NCBI RefSeq assembly: GCF_041956535.1
Contig: NW_027192199.1
Location: 186,001 to 250,000, forward strand
Direction: 5' to 3'
From: Calcarisporiella thermophila CBS 279.70
Lineage: Eukaryota > Fungi > Calcarisporiellomycota
DNA: 64,000 nt
This document shows positions 52,686 through 64,000 of the stretch, in pieces. How positions within the stretch are numbered: position 1 is the first letter of the stretch; every line of letters starts with the position of its first letter. A program made the position numbers and the translations under genes. Below the pieces are notes generated by a model. It did not search any database. It worked only from the letters and a program-made list of their open reading frames with translations, and was not told the origin of the DNA.

Positions 52686-54127
52686 AGATAAGGATGCGCG
52701 TGAAAATGGAGGATGCCGGTTGAATATAGATGAGATCGCCCAGACCGTTTAACCGGGAGGGAATTGGCGACTATATATATGAGGTGTTTGGGGTTGCAAT
52801 GTACATTGGATTTGCAAATTTTGGATGATGCCAGAATCTACTGATACGGATTATGAGGAGTTGGATTACTAAAGAATGTGCCGCATTAAGGTTGTATGGC
52901 TTGGAGAGACTTCAAATCCTGAGTCGATAGCTTGACACATTGTTACGTGGAAGAATGAGGCTTGGACCCTCTCATTTGTCGCAAATACATGGCCATTTGG
53001 TCGCCAATGCAAGATTTTACCAAAATGAATTCGTTGACCAAAGAGTCTATTCTTGGCGTCATTGCTCGATTGTCAGGTAAAATGGTGCACTTTCTTGCCA
53101 GTCAAAATGGCCAGAAGCTGCCTGCTTTTAGTAGAACGAAAATTCCTGTCGAGGTGGGCATTGGTTCTTGATCCTTATTTGTCATCCCCACATTCTGAAA
53201 TTCAGGATGAAATCAGGTGCCCACTACTGAATAGAGTAATATTATTAGTATATTTGTCTTAAACAATAGGTCTAAAATGGTCTCTGTGGATGATTTAAGC
53301 TTCCTAATACAATTTCATTGGTTTTGCCCATGAATCATTGGCGACAAGAGGAAATGCATTGCCATTTTACTCTGAAGATGGTGATCAAACTGAGTCCCTG
53401 CTCTATTTTTTTTAGAGAATCAGGTCGCTGTGAAATTACTTTTGACATGTTTAACTCCTCTCCATCCGCTATGACTGCTTATCTGCGCTGGTGGCTATAA
53501 TTTTACTAACGCGTAGAAGGTGGATTTGTATTTACGATTGTCTCTTCCAAGAGTGCCAATAGATGTTTTCTAGCACTCCTGTAGAGCACAAAGGGATGCT
53601 AAGGATTAAATAAGGAAATTTCATCTAATTGTGGGTCGAGTTATAGAGCTGACGTCTCCTGTTGGCTCCAATCTGCTTATCTTATGATTGAGCAGATTCG
53701 AGCATTGCGTACATTAAGTATATTTTATATGCACAGCAAAGACGCAGCCTGAAGACGTCATTCGATGTGAGCCTGGAAAATCGAAATCTCGATTTCACTT
53801 AAAGGTAGCATCCAATTGCGCTTGGATCAAGGCTGGTTAGGGAAGGATCTCCTTAAGGTCAAAGCTCCCAATTATATTATTTTTTTGTCCTCTCACTTGC
53901 ACAGACACACTTCTCCCCCCCTTTTTTTTCTATTAAACTAGCTAAGGAAACCCTGTAGTTTCCTTTGCCGATGATGCTTTTTGTCACCCAGCGATCTTCG
54001 CAGCTGGATGCGTATGATTGCCACATCCGAAGCCTGGTTTGGATGATAGTATTACGGAAGATCGTGCACTGTCCTTGCTGCCTTGTCAAGAGCACATAAA
54101 GTGTTGGTAAATGCATCTTAGGAACTC

Positions 54128-54137
54128 GATATAAAAA
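54128..54137 (+). promoter_or_regulatory. TATA box of the 54346 gene
   Basis: GATATAAAAA ~215 nt upstream of ATG; CT-rich leader with (TTC)n at ~54305-54331. Confidence 0.5.
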
Positions 54138-54345
54138 GAGTGCCCATTTCCCGCGAGAATAAGACTTCTTCACACATCTCCCATCTCCCATATTCAACTC
54201 CATTGCAAACAGCAACCACATCCACCTCCCATTTTCTTTTCTTTTTCCAATTCTTCCTATCCAATATCTCCTATACACTCCACATTTTGCTTTCCTCTTA
54301 CACATCTTCTTCTTCTTCTTCTTCTTCTTCTAACCAACCAACTCC

Positions 54346-56928
54346 ATGAGGAATTTGGCCTTCATCATCGGCCTTATCGGCCTTGCCAATCTTCCCCTGC
54401 TTCAAAGTGCACCTCTCCGTGAAAAACGCGCCGCTGACATGTCTTTTGGATCCATCTCCTCACCAGCCCAGGCGGTCGACTCTGAGGAGGGGGCCTATGA
54501 TGAGACTAGGCTACCCAAAACTCGGGGAAGGCTTTGGAAACGTGGTTTAATCGACGGTACGCTCAACAATCCCCACATTATCGACCACGTCTCCGCACTC
54601 GACACCAACATCAACTCCGACCCTCAGACGAGCGAAAATAACAATGCGAATACCCGCGCTGATGGATGCCTCAACAACGCCATCGGCCAGCACCAAAAGC
54701 GCCATGGTATGTGCAGGCGTAAAGTCGAAGGTACGGTGAAAGCGCCTGAGCAAGAAAACGAAAAGCGTGGGCTACTGGATGGATCTGCAAACAATCCTCA
54801 TGTCATCGATCATATCTCTGCACTCAACTCCAACATCAACTCCGACCCTCAGACGAGCGAGAACAACAATGCAAACACGCGTTCCGACGGCTGCCTCAAC
54901 CATGCCATTGGCCAACACCAAAAACGCCATGGAATGTGTCGCCGCTCAACTCCCGAGGCCAACAAGGAGAAGGCCACGGAGGAGAAGCAGGAGAAGCGTG
55001 GGTTGTTGGATGGATCTGCGAACAATCCTCATGTCATCGATCATGTCTCTGCACTCAACTCCAACATCAACTCCGACCCTCAGACGAGTGAACAAAACAA
55101 TGCAAATACGCGTTCAGAGGGATGTCTCAATCACTCCACTGGACAACATCAAAAACGCCATGGAATGTGCCGCCGTGCAGCTACCGACAGCAACAGGGAG
55201 AAAGTCGTGGAGGAACAACAACAACAAGAGAAGCGTGGATTATTGGATGGGTCAGCGAACAACCTTCATGCCGTTGATCATGTCTCCGCACTCAACACTA
55301 ACATCAACTCGGATCCGCAAACCAGCGAAAACAACAATGCAAACACACGCGCAGATGGATGTCTCAACAACGCAATTGGTCAGCATCAGAAACGCCATGG
55401 AATGTGCCGCCGTTCTCACAACAACACCAACCCCAACACTAGCGCCAAGAAAGAAAGCACCAAGAAGGAGAGCGAGAAGGTCGTGGAAGAGAAGCAGGCG
55501 AAGCAGGAAAAGCAGGAAAAGCAGGAAAAGCAGGAAAAGCAGGAAAAGCAGGAAAAGCGCGGGCTCTTGGATGGTTCAGCCAACAATCTTCATGCCGTGG
55601 ACCATGTCTCTGCACTTAACACCAACATCAACTCCGATCCTCAGACGAGTGAAAACAACAACGCAAACACCCGAGCGGATGGATGCCTCAACAATGCCAT
55701 CGGCCAACACCAGAAGCGCCATGGGATGTGCCGACGAGCCACCACCGAGCAACCCAAGGTAGAGGCGGTGGAAGAGCACGAGAAGCGCGGGGTTTTGGAT
55801 GGGTCCGCCAACAATCTGCAGTTGATCGACCACGTCTCGGCTCTCAACACCAACATCAACTCGGATCCCCAGACGACGGAGAATACCAACTCAAATACCC
55901 GTGCGGACGGCTGCCTCAACAACGCGGTGGGTCAGCATCAAAAGCGCCATGGCATGTGCCGACGTGGACTTGTGGATGGCTCGGCCAACAACCTGCAGCT
56001 GGTGGACCATGTCAAGGCTCTCGACACCAACATCAACTCGGATCCTCAGGTCGCCGAGAACACCAACGCCAACACTCGTGCTGAAGGCAAGGGAAACAAT
56101 GCGATCGGTGAACACCAAAAGCGCGGGCTCCTCGATGGGACACTGAACAACTTGCAACTGATCGACCACATCACCGCTCTTGACACCAATATCAATTCCG
56201 ACCCGCAGGTCGCCGAGAACACCAACTCCAACACTCGCTCTGATGGATGCTTAAACAACGCGATTGGTGAACACCAGAAGCGGACATGTCGCCGTGGCCT
56301 GGTCGATGGCACATTGAACAACCTCCAACTCCTTGATCATATCGATATTTTGACGACCAACATTAACTCTGATCCCCAAGTTGCGGAGAACACCAACTCC
56401 AACACGCGTTCCGACGGCACCCTTAATCATGCTATCGGCGAGCACCAAAAGCGTGGTCTATTGGATGGTTCTGCGAACAATCCTCATGTCATTGACCATG
56501 TCTCTGCACTCGACACCAACATCAACTCCGATCCACAAACTGCAGAAAGCAACAATGCCAACACTCGATCATCAGGTAAACTGAATCACGCCACCGGACA
56601 ACATTCGCGACGTGGGCTTCTCGATGGGACTCTGGGACAACCTCACATCATCGATCATGTAGACTTACTCAACACGCTCATCAACTCGAATCCGCAGAAG
56701 ACCGAGAACAACAATGCCAACTCACGCGCAGACGGGAAACTTAACAATGCCGTAGGTCAACACCAGCGCCGTGGGCTTCTTGATGGGACACTAGACAATC
56801 CGCACATCATCGATCATATCGGCCTTCTTAACACCAATATTAATTCCGATCCGCAGACGTCAGAAAACAATAACGCAAATACGCGCGCAGATGGCAAGCT
56901 CAACAATGCAATTGGACAGCATCAGTAA
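54346..56928 (+). CDS. Secreted Kex2-processed repeat precursor (KEP) with twelve 51-aa Asn-rich cores
   Basis: Signal MRNLAFIIGLIGLANLPLLQS-AP; each core (GLLDGSANN...NNAIGQHQ) is bounded by KR/RR or the stop codon; intronless 860 aa. Confidence 0.93.
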   Translation: MRNLAFIIGLIGLANLPLLQSAPLREKRAADMSFGSISSPAQAVDSEEGAYDETRLPKTRGRLWKRGLIDGTLNNPHIIDHVSALDTNINSDPQTSENNNANTRADGCLNNAIGQHQKRHGMCRRKVEGTVKAPEQENEKRGLLDGSANNPHVIDHISALNSNINSDPQTSENNNANTRSDGCLNHAIGQHQKRHGMCRRSTPEANKEKATEEKQEKRGLLDGSANNPHVIDHVSALNSNINSDPQTSEQNNANTRSEGCLNHSTGQHQKRHGMCRRAATDSNREKVVEEQQQQEKRGLLDGSANNLHAVDHVSALNTNINSDPQTSENNNANTRADGCLNNAIGQHQKRHGMCRRSHNNTNPNTSAKKESTKKESEKVVEEKQAKQEKQEKQEKQEKQEKQEKRGLLDGSANNLHAVDHVSALNTNINSDPQTSENNNANTRADGCLNNAIGQHQKRHGMCRRATTEQPKVEAVEEHEKRGVLDGSANNLQLIDHVSALNTNINSDPQTTENTNSNTRADGCLNNAVGQHQKRHGMCRRGLVDGSANNLQLVDHVKALDTNINSDPQVAENTNANTRAEGKGNNAIGEHQKRGLLDGTLNNLQLIDHITALDTNINSDPQVAENTNSNTRSDGCLNNAIGEHQKRTCRRGLVDGTLNNLQLLDHIDILTTNINSDPQVAENTNSNTRSDGTLNHAIGEHQKRGLLDGSANNPHVIDHVSALDTNINSDPQTAESNNANTRSSGKLNHATGQHSRRGLLDGTLGQPHIIDHVDLLNTLINSNPQKTENNNANSRADGKLNNAVGQHQRRGLLDGTLDNPHIIDHIGLLNTNINSDPQTSENNNANTRADGKLNNAIGQHQ
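55501..55557 (+). repeat. 9-nt coding minisatellite (aagcaggaa)x6 encoding KQE repeats in a spacer
   Basis: Read directly from the sequence. Confidence 0.92.
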
Positions 56929-57919
56929 TCACCGACTTCATCTGGTTATCCAGTATTTTTTTTCCTACTTATCTAATGTATTCTCTTTTCTCTTTTTCTT
57001 CTCATTTTTTTCCCTCCTATTTTCCCTCTCTTTCCCTCTCTTTTTTTCCCCCCTTTCTCATATTAAGTTCTCATGAAACATCCTATCATTGACATTTTCA
57101 AAATATGATATAATTTCTTATTAATGATTCTGCTGTATCATGATTTTCTTTTATTTTCAATTTTCTCATAACATAGATGCTTTTTTTTTGAATCTTTTAT
57201 TCTTGGGCATTTTTCGATTAGGCACAATCTTATTAGCTTGTTGTCTGAATAAAATCAGTTTCTTTGTTAGTGAACACTGCTTAGCACTCGAATTTCCTTA
57301 TTTTTTTTTCCGGTTTGAAAACTTGCCGACGGAATGGAGCAATATCTTGATTTGTAAGAGAAGGGCTATGGTCGCAATGGACTTCTGCAGACGGCATTCG
57401 CTGGATATCTTCTCTGCATTCAGGGCATTTGGAAGTTCTGTGGGCGTCCCTATTTAATTTAATATATGTTCTAAGAGGCTCATTAATTATCTCATTTTTA
57501 ATTTTTCTCTTAATGAGGAAAGGAAGGATTGGTTAATTTGGCAATGTAGAAAGGAGCAAACATGGCCGCCCTCGATCTCTGTGGTACACTCGCGAACAAG
57601 TCAATGGAGAGGCAGAGACCAGCATTGTTGTGTGCGCAGCAGATTTTTTTAAATAAAACCGAAACACTAGTGAAAAATCGAAGGACACAGACAATCCTGT
57701 TGTCTACTGCGAGTCATCTTGTCCATCTTTTCTCCCGTCCCTCTTCAATATCCCCCTATATCTCCACCGTTAATATCAGTCCTGCCTCTCATTGGGAGAA
57801 TGGTGTCTGTTTAAATCGCTTTTTTCTTTACCAATTTTTAGTAGACGGACTCTTCAATTTCGCGGCAACCCATAAACCAGCGTTTTTTTTAGACTAAGAA
57901 TAATTTGGCCCCATCCAAA

Positions 57920-60249
57920 ATGCCGTGTCTAGGATCTCGTAAAAAGAACAAAAAGGCCCTGAACATCACATCCCCAGATCTTATACGCACGCCGTCTGGA
58001 GCTTTGCGGCCAGGTTCGCAATCCTCTGTCGTACTGCCAAGTCAGCTCCGCTCACAGCGCACAAGTACTTCGCCGTCGCTTCCCCATTCTCCTCGTGATA
58101 GCGGCCAGCTGACCACCCCACCCACTAGCCTCAGCTCGGCTGGATTCCCATCTGGGTCATCTGTCTCATCGGAATCGCTGCCGGGCATCCCCGTGGCAGC
58201 TAAGACAACGAGCAGAAACCTGTCGGGATTCTCATTGAGAGGAGGGAAAATCCCAGCAAAGCAATTGAGGGCGGAATTCGATGAATTAAAAATTCAGGTA
58301 ATTGAATTTAATGAGAAGATGCTCGTGGGTTGGTCATTCAATTCGCTGAGTTATTATTGGTATAGAGCGAGGAGACCCTAAGGAAGCTTGCAGAGAACCA
58401 AGAGCTCCTTCGAACCCGCGAGGCTGAACTGGAGGCCCTCCGCAGGCGTCTCGAGCAAGAACAACAATCCCATAATTTACGTACTGAGGAGCTGAAGGCG
58501 TCCTCAGAAGAAGAGTCGCGTAAGCTCATTGCAGAACGTGACGCTCTCCTACGACAGCAAGAGGAGCAGATAACCGCTCTGCGCCAGAAGTTGGAGCAAG
58601 AGCAAGAGAAAAAAGCGGAGGAGGAACGCATCGCTCTGGATGAATTGGATAAGTTGAGGATAAAGAATGAAGAGACGCTCAGGCGCTTGGCTGAGAAGGA
58701 GGAGATGCTGCGGGTGCACGAGCAGGAGTTGGAGAAACTTCGCCTGGAGTTGGATGAGGAGCGAAGAGTGGCCATGGAGACGGTGGGTGAGGTTGAGGGG
58801 TTGAAAGAGGAGAAGGTGGAAGCACTCAGGAAGCTTGCTGAGAAAGAAGCCTTGTTAAGCACGCACGAGGAGAAACTCGATGAATTACGCCTGAAACTCG
58901 AGCAAGAGCGTGCGGAGGCTGTGGTCATGCCGGCACTGGAGGAGGTGAACCAGCAGCTTGCTGAACTGCACGAGCGTCATGAGGATTTGACGCAGCGTCT
59001 GGCCCAAAAGGAACAAGAGCTGGAGAATGTTCAGAAGATGCTGGCCTCGCAAGCCCAGCCTACGTTGGAGGTGGATGAGGCAAAGAAGAAGCAATTCCGT
59101 CGCCTAACGGTGGAGCTGGAGGCCGAGCGGGAGATGATGGCTCGGCTTGAGGAGCTGACGCAGGAGCTGGAGGCCCAAAAGCAGGCGCACGAGACCGCCC
59201 TTGCTCTCCACGAGCAGGTGGTGGCCGAGAAGGACTCCCTGCTCAGGGAACACCAGCAAGCTCTCGAGGAGATGCAGCAGTCCCACCAAAAGGCTCTCGA
59301 CTCTCTAGCGGAGAAACATCGTTTCGCTCTCGAGGAATTGCGGCGACGGCATCATGCCGAGATTCAGGAGTTAAATGAGCGCATCGAGAGATCCAAGCAC
59401 GAGAAGTTGGATCACGAGTTTGAAAAGATGCTGGCGGAATTCGAACAGACTCGCCACAACAACGAGGTCCAGATCGAGTCGCTCCGGGCTGACCAACAAG
59501 CCGAGCTCGACACGCTGCAGCAATCCCAGCAGACACAACTCGACTCCTTGCGCAAGACCCAAAATCGCGCCACGGCCCAGTGGCGCCGGCAATCCGCATT
59601 GTTCATCAAGCCTACGGAGGCGGTTTCGTGGCCTGCCCCGCAGCCCCTAAGCGTCCTGCGAAAGACTACATTGCGGCACGTGGAGCCTCCTAAGGAGCGC
59701 AAGATCACTGACGACGGATACAACCTCGACCCGGAAAGCCATCTTGTCCAGGTGTACATATCTTCGGTGAGCGGGAGCCTGACAATCAAACGGCAGCAGG
59801 AGGAGATCAGGCAGATGCTTGCAGCCCTTTCCATCCCATTCGAGGAAATTGACATTGCGGCGAGCGAGCGGGCTCGCAAGGTCATGCGCGAGCGAAGCGG
59901 ACTGAGAGAAGTCCCGCAGGTATTCGTTGGAGGAGAGTATCGCGGCTCCCATACCGATATCAAACAGGCGCAGGATTTGACAGTCTTTTTGCAGGCGCGT
60001 GCTCAGCGCAGGGAAAACGAGATGGGTCGGGGGGAGGCCAATGGATGCTCAGCACCGGCCCCCACTCTGCAGCAAAATGGGGAGCGCTCGCCTGTGTATC
60101 CTTTGAAGCATGGCCACGGGCGCGAGAATACCCCCTGCTCGCAAGAGGCTCACAACGACGCCACTGACGACGACCAAATGTTTCGGATGTTAGAGAAAGA
60201 GCTGCAAGAAGGAAAAGTGGATGCCGCGCTGGTCCTGGCAGATCTGTAA
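57920..60249 (+). CDS. Long coiled-coil protein with C-terminal SH3BGR/glutaredoxin-like domain, 2 exons
   Basis: Intron 58298-58365 keeps frame; heptad E/K/L-rich rod; VQVYISSVSGSLTIKRQQEEI...FEEIDIA...VPQVFVGGEYRG. Confidence 0.85.
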
Positions 60250-61200
60250 ATGAAGAGAGCTTGCTTTCTTTATCCTGCTTCATTCTCGGATGGATATTTC
60301 TCGAGTGCGAAATTGTGTTATAATACTAAACCAACCCCCTCTTTTATGTACTTTTTTTTTAATCTCTCCTCTCCTTTATATATATAAATATATAAGCCTA
60401 TTATTTGCTTCTCTTTTCACTTAGTTCTTTACATTATTAGTACTAGTAATCCTCTTTCTATTTTTTTTTATTATCATTATTTTATTCGGATGTGCTCTTT
60501 GGGCTCACTCTCCTTTTTAATTAACCTTCCATTCCCCTCCATGGCCGATTTTTCGAATATATCTATCTTTTGCTATGCATCATCAAGTGCTCTTCCTCTC
60601 TTTCGTTCCCTCACTTCAAGATGGGTGCGAAAAATTCAAAAATCAACCAAGTATGATTTTTGGGTTGAGGATGAAAGGAGCATACCAAAGAACCAATAAC
60701 GGACTTGTACGGACCTAAAGTCTCATCCATTTCGCGTTCTTCTATGAATGAGGGAGCTAGCGGGATTCGAGCACTTTTGGCTAGATTCTCCTAGCCCATG
60801 GAATATTTTTCACCCCTTTAAAGTCTTGTTGGAGCTCCTTAGAGTAGGGTATCAGTCAATGCCATTAGTAAGGATGAGGTGTTGGTCACCCAGCCATCAA
60901 GTCTCCAAAATGGCATTATTTGGACACTCGTTGGTAAATGGTGCCATAATTAATGTTATCCATCGGGATGCGGAAATATTGCCACCGGCCATAGGCAAAA
61001 TCCGTTCATTAATGGATGAGTAAATACAAACACGCTAATGCAGCGAAACGTCATTTGGTACTGCCAAAGACTATCTGATAATAAAAAGACTTTATTATGT
61101 GCATGGGAGAGGAGAGGAAGATAGTAGAGAAGAAGAAGAAGGAAAAAAAATAGAGAAACGTAAATAGGCTGCCTCTGTGCAGCTATATATACACTCGCCC

Positions 61201-61221
61201 ATATATATATATATATATATA
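61201..61221. repeat. (AT)n microsatellite downstream of the bestrophin gene
   Basis: atatatatatatatatatata. Confidence 0.9.
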
Positions 61222-61335
61222 GAAAACAACGTCACGTCGATCGAAAGTGGAAGAAAAAATTTTGTGCAATAAATTAAGGACAATACATACAAGTTATAAT
61301 ACAAAGGACTATTTACAAAACAGACCATTCCTTCA

Positions 61336-63170
61336 TTAGTACATTGGGCTATTATTAAAGCTGTGGTGCTGTTCCCTGTAATCGTGGAGAATATCTTCTC
61401 TCCACCTTCGCTCATGCATTGGAGATACTGCGACCTGCTGATCCAATCTACTATGGTGAGGCATTCTACGATGAGGTGAGAGTCTCAAGTCGTCGTCAAC
61501 CGTCAAGGTCAGTCGTGGAGGGGGCTGCAGAGTCTCTGCGTGATCTTCCGACCTGGTTCTCTCTGGTCTTTCCCTACTACTTGGAGTATGATCCATCGGA
61601 TCAGTGGAAAGTTGAGAGAGTTTCTGAGATTCTCCGGGTGTATCAGCGCTCAGGAGGGATCGCACATCTTCTATGGAGACTGATCGTAGATCAGCTGCAC
61701 TTGCATTTGAGCCTGAGAACGGCATATTCTTTTTGCTGAAGACCCAGTCATCCGGATTGGGTGGGGGTTGGGAAGTAATGGCATTCAATTCACGCTTTAG
61801 GACCCTGTATAATAAAAAGGTTATCGACAATGAAAAAAGAAATAGAGCAGCATGGTGGGGCTCACACTACTTACTTGCAGAAATCGTCAAGTGGGAGATC
61901 ATTCGCATCGTATCCAAATGGATCCTCTGAGAAAATAGAGCACAACAAGACAGTAAAGAAGTTAGAGGTACGATATTCGTTGGCACTTGAAACAGAGGCA
62001 GGGAGAGGGAGGAGGAGGAGGGGGGGAACATACCAATTTCTGCGCCAATGCTCTCAATTCCTAGGAGAATGAACGAAGTTACACAAGCCACGATGATATT
62101 GACTAAAGAAAGACCCCCGAGTTAACTTGGAATTTCACATCCGAAGCTTCCTCTTGCTTATCAAAGAGCTTTTACCATAGCCAAGGTTCACAAGTTGGAA
62201 CGGCAGGGAAAGACAGTAGATCCACACACATACGCGTAGATGAATGGCGTACGCAAATGGCATTGGCGTAGTCCGGACTCCTACACGATCGAAGAGGGGG
62301 TTAGGATTCCAATTTTCTTTCTCCCCCAAGGAACTTCTTCTACTGACTCTCAAAGCCTGCTAAACACTCTACCAAAGCGTTCAACAACGCGTAGAGATCG
62401 GAAATGGCCACGACGCTCGCTTTCTCTAGGGCATTCACCTCTCGGATGTACGAGCTTAAATAGTAGGAGATTTCCAAAGGGAGATTGCCTGGCGGCGGGC
62501 TATCCTCGCTCTTCTGTGCGTAGTACCACGGAAGATGGGAAAATTCCAAGGAGCGTGCCGCATCGGGGAGGTCTCTTAAGCAAGGAATCAGCTTCAACAT
62601 CAGAAGCCTCTTTTCCGAGGGGGGTTCTAACACGGCGGTATTTATAGCCGAACTCGAATACTGAGGGATATGCGCAAGTAGTTCACGAAGATCGTCGTAG
62701 TTGGTGCCAAACTCGGCGCGGAGGTAATGTTTTGTTGCGACAGCAAAAGCGAGCAGGAGGTTTATAGCGCCCTTCTTGGAGAGGACGTCCACGGCAGTCT
62801 CCTCGTCCACTTGCACCCAAATTAGGCGGGAAAAATTGCGTATAACCACTATCATAGTGCTCCAGAGACGCCGGCCCTCCCAGTATCTTAACGAGATGGG
62901 GGGCAAGAGAGGAGATAAAAACAGACTCAATCCATGACATGACATAGCTAATGGCCCATGTTATCCTCATGCTTACCTCTCATAGGCTATGTTAGTTCGG
63001 AAAACGAGCAGCAAGGATATCACCATACTGATGGTGGTGAGTAAAGAGGTGCCGATATTGAGGCTCACCGGCGTCTTCTGATCGATGAGGGTGACGGCAG
63101 TCGCGAACACAGTTACGACAATGGTGCCGGGAATATTTCGGGAGATGGCCGATGCAGTCCGCAGGAACAT
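61336..63170 (-). CDS. Bestrophin-family (UPF0187/YneE-like) anion channel, multi-exon; true start may lie up to ~63330
   Basis: ISLLLVFRTNIAYE-RYWEGRRLW, FAVATKHYLR, TPMPFAYAIHL, LLGIESIGAEI-EDPFGYDANDLPLD. Confidence 0.92.
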
Positions 63171-64000
63171 GATGGGATGAGAGGAATGGTACGTAGGCTA
63201 GTTTATGGCAGATTAAGGTATGCGGTGCGAAAACGCAAAAAGTGAGAAATAAGGGGGGGAAAGGCACTCGAGAGCCAAACGGACCCAAAGTCTACCCTTG
63301 TTGTGTTCTAGCGGTGACTTCATTCCCCATCCCTCATCCCTGGTACTGAGAGACGCAGTGGTCCGTGCGCGCCTTGATTTAAACTAGGGGATCGGCGAGC
63401 GGAGCGCCAAGCAGGCCTCTCACTCGCCGGCCGGGCTCTGATCAAACATGGAGGGGCCAGTGGGATAGAGTGCAAGCGTGACTCTTATTTTAACACCGAG
63501 CCAGCATGAAACCGATCATGTCATTACGGCTCCCCTTTTCCCGGCGGCATGAGCAGGCTCTTCCTTTCAAGGGATGGAGCCCCCCCGCCGGATTGGAGCG
63601 GTCTAATTGCATCAGTCCCCTCTGCATATGCCCTCGTCGTATCGACCTGATCCTTCCCCTCCGGCTCCTGGGTTGTTCCTATTTTGTGCCTCGCTCTATC
63701 CCGGTTAAGCCTTCTGCCCATTATGGGGGCTGGGCCTTTGCCAACGGTGACCATGGGCCCGATAAGGTGCCCTCCTTCTCCTCCATATACCCGCAATGCA
63801 GCCCCGCCGGATTTGGCTGGTCAAACCTCCTCCGTCCACAGGGACGTCAGGTCTCGATCGCAGAGCTGTAACCTCGAAACATGCGCTCCGACTCGCCTCC
63901 TAAACGAGCGATGAAAGATGGTGCAATGGGGACCGAGGTTGCAAGCGGCTTCAAGAGGCTCCCAGCAGAGAGCTTGAGAAGGCAACGAGATTGTATTTGG

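Noticed and set aside
54767-55762. 331-aa alternate-frame ORF and antisense ORFs within the KEP gene
   Set aside because: By-product of repetitive codon usage; substitutions are synonymous in the main frame.
54346-56928. Dikaritin-type RiPP precursor or bacterial-type ice nucleation protein
   Set aside because: Cores are 51 aa with no Tyr/Trp/Phe, no DUF3328 or other tailoring genes are in the window, and there are no AGYGST 16-mer repeats.
36557-56928. Receptor pseudokinase as the receptor for the KEP peptides
   Set aside because: Separated by Rpn13, a glycosyltransferase and Sec14; linkage alone gives no support.
60750-60838. tRNA-like segment on the minus strand (GGAGCT...CTCGAATCCCGCTAGCTCC)
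   Set aside because: The T-stem does not pair, and no D-arm or anticodon arm can be drawn.
63506-63914. Overlapping ORFs near the window end
   Set aside because: No recognisable motif and closed frames on both strands; probably bestrophin upstream region.

Overview
Eukaryotic, intron-containing fungal DNA. Gene content and protein style suggest an early-diverging lineage, probably Mucoromycota (inference only). About 22 protein-coding genes. Housekeeping: CAP/Srv2, acetylglutamate kinase, DEK-like, class IV chitin synthase, lipin/Pah1, Not4, Rpn13, Sec14-like, a bestrophin, an O-fucosyltransferase-family protein, two HMG-box genes, an Mtc4-like gene and a fungal TF-domain gene. I found no tRNA/rRNA, CRISPR or recognisable transposon. 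The most striking feature is a co-oriented cluster (48.3-56.9 kb) of three secreted proteins rich in KR/RR (Kex2-type) sites. The largest is an 860-aa precursor carrying twelve 51-aa Asn-rich, amyloid-like cores. A Cys in the core co-varies perfectly with a Cys mini-peptide beyond the KR site, and the same C-x9-KR-x-C-RR module occurs in the neighbouring precursor. Second is a receptor-like pseudokinase (signal peptide, Kelch-like ectodomain, TM helix, dead kinase). Exon boundaries were read by eye and are approximate. Family assignments rest on motif recognition, not database searches.
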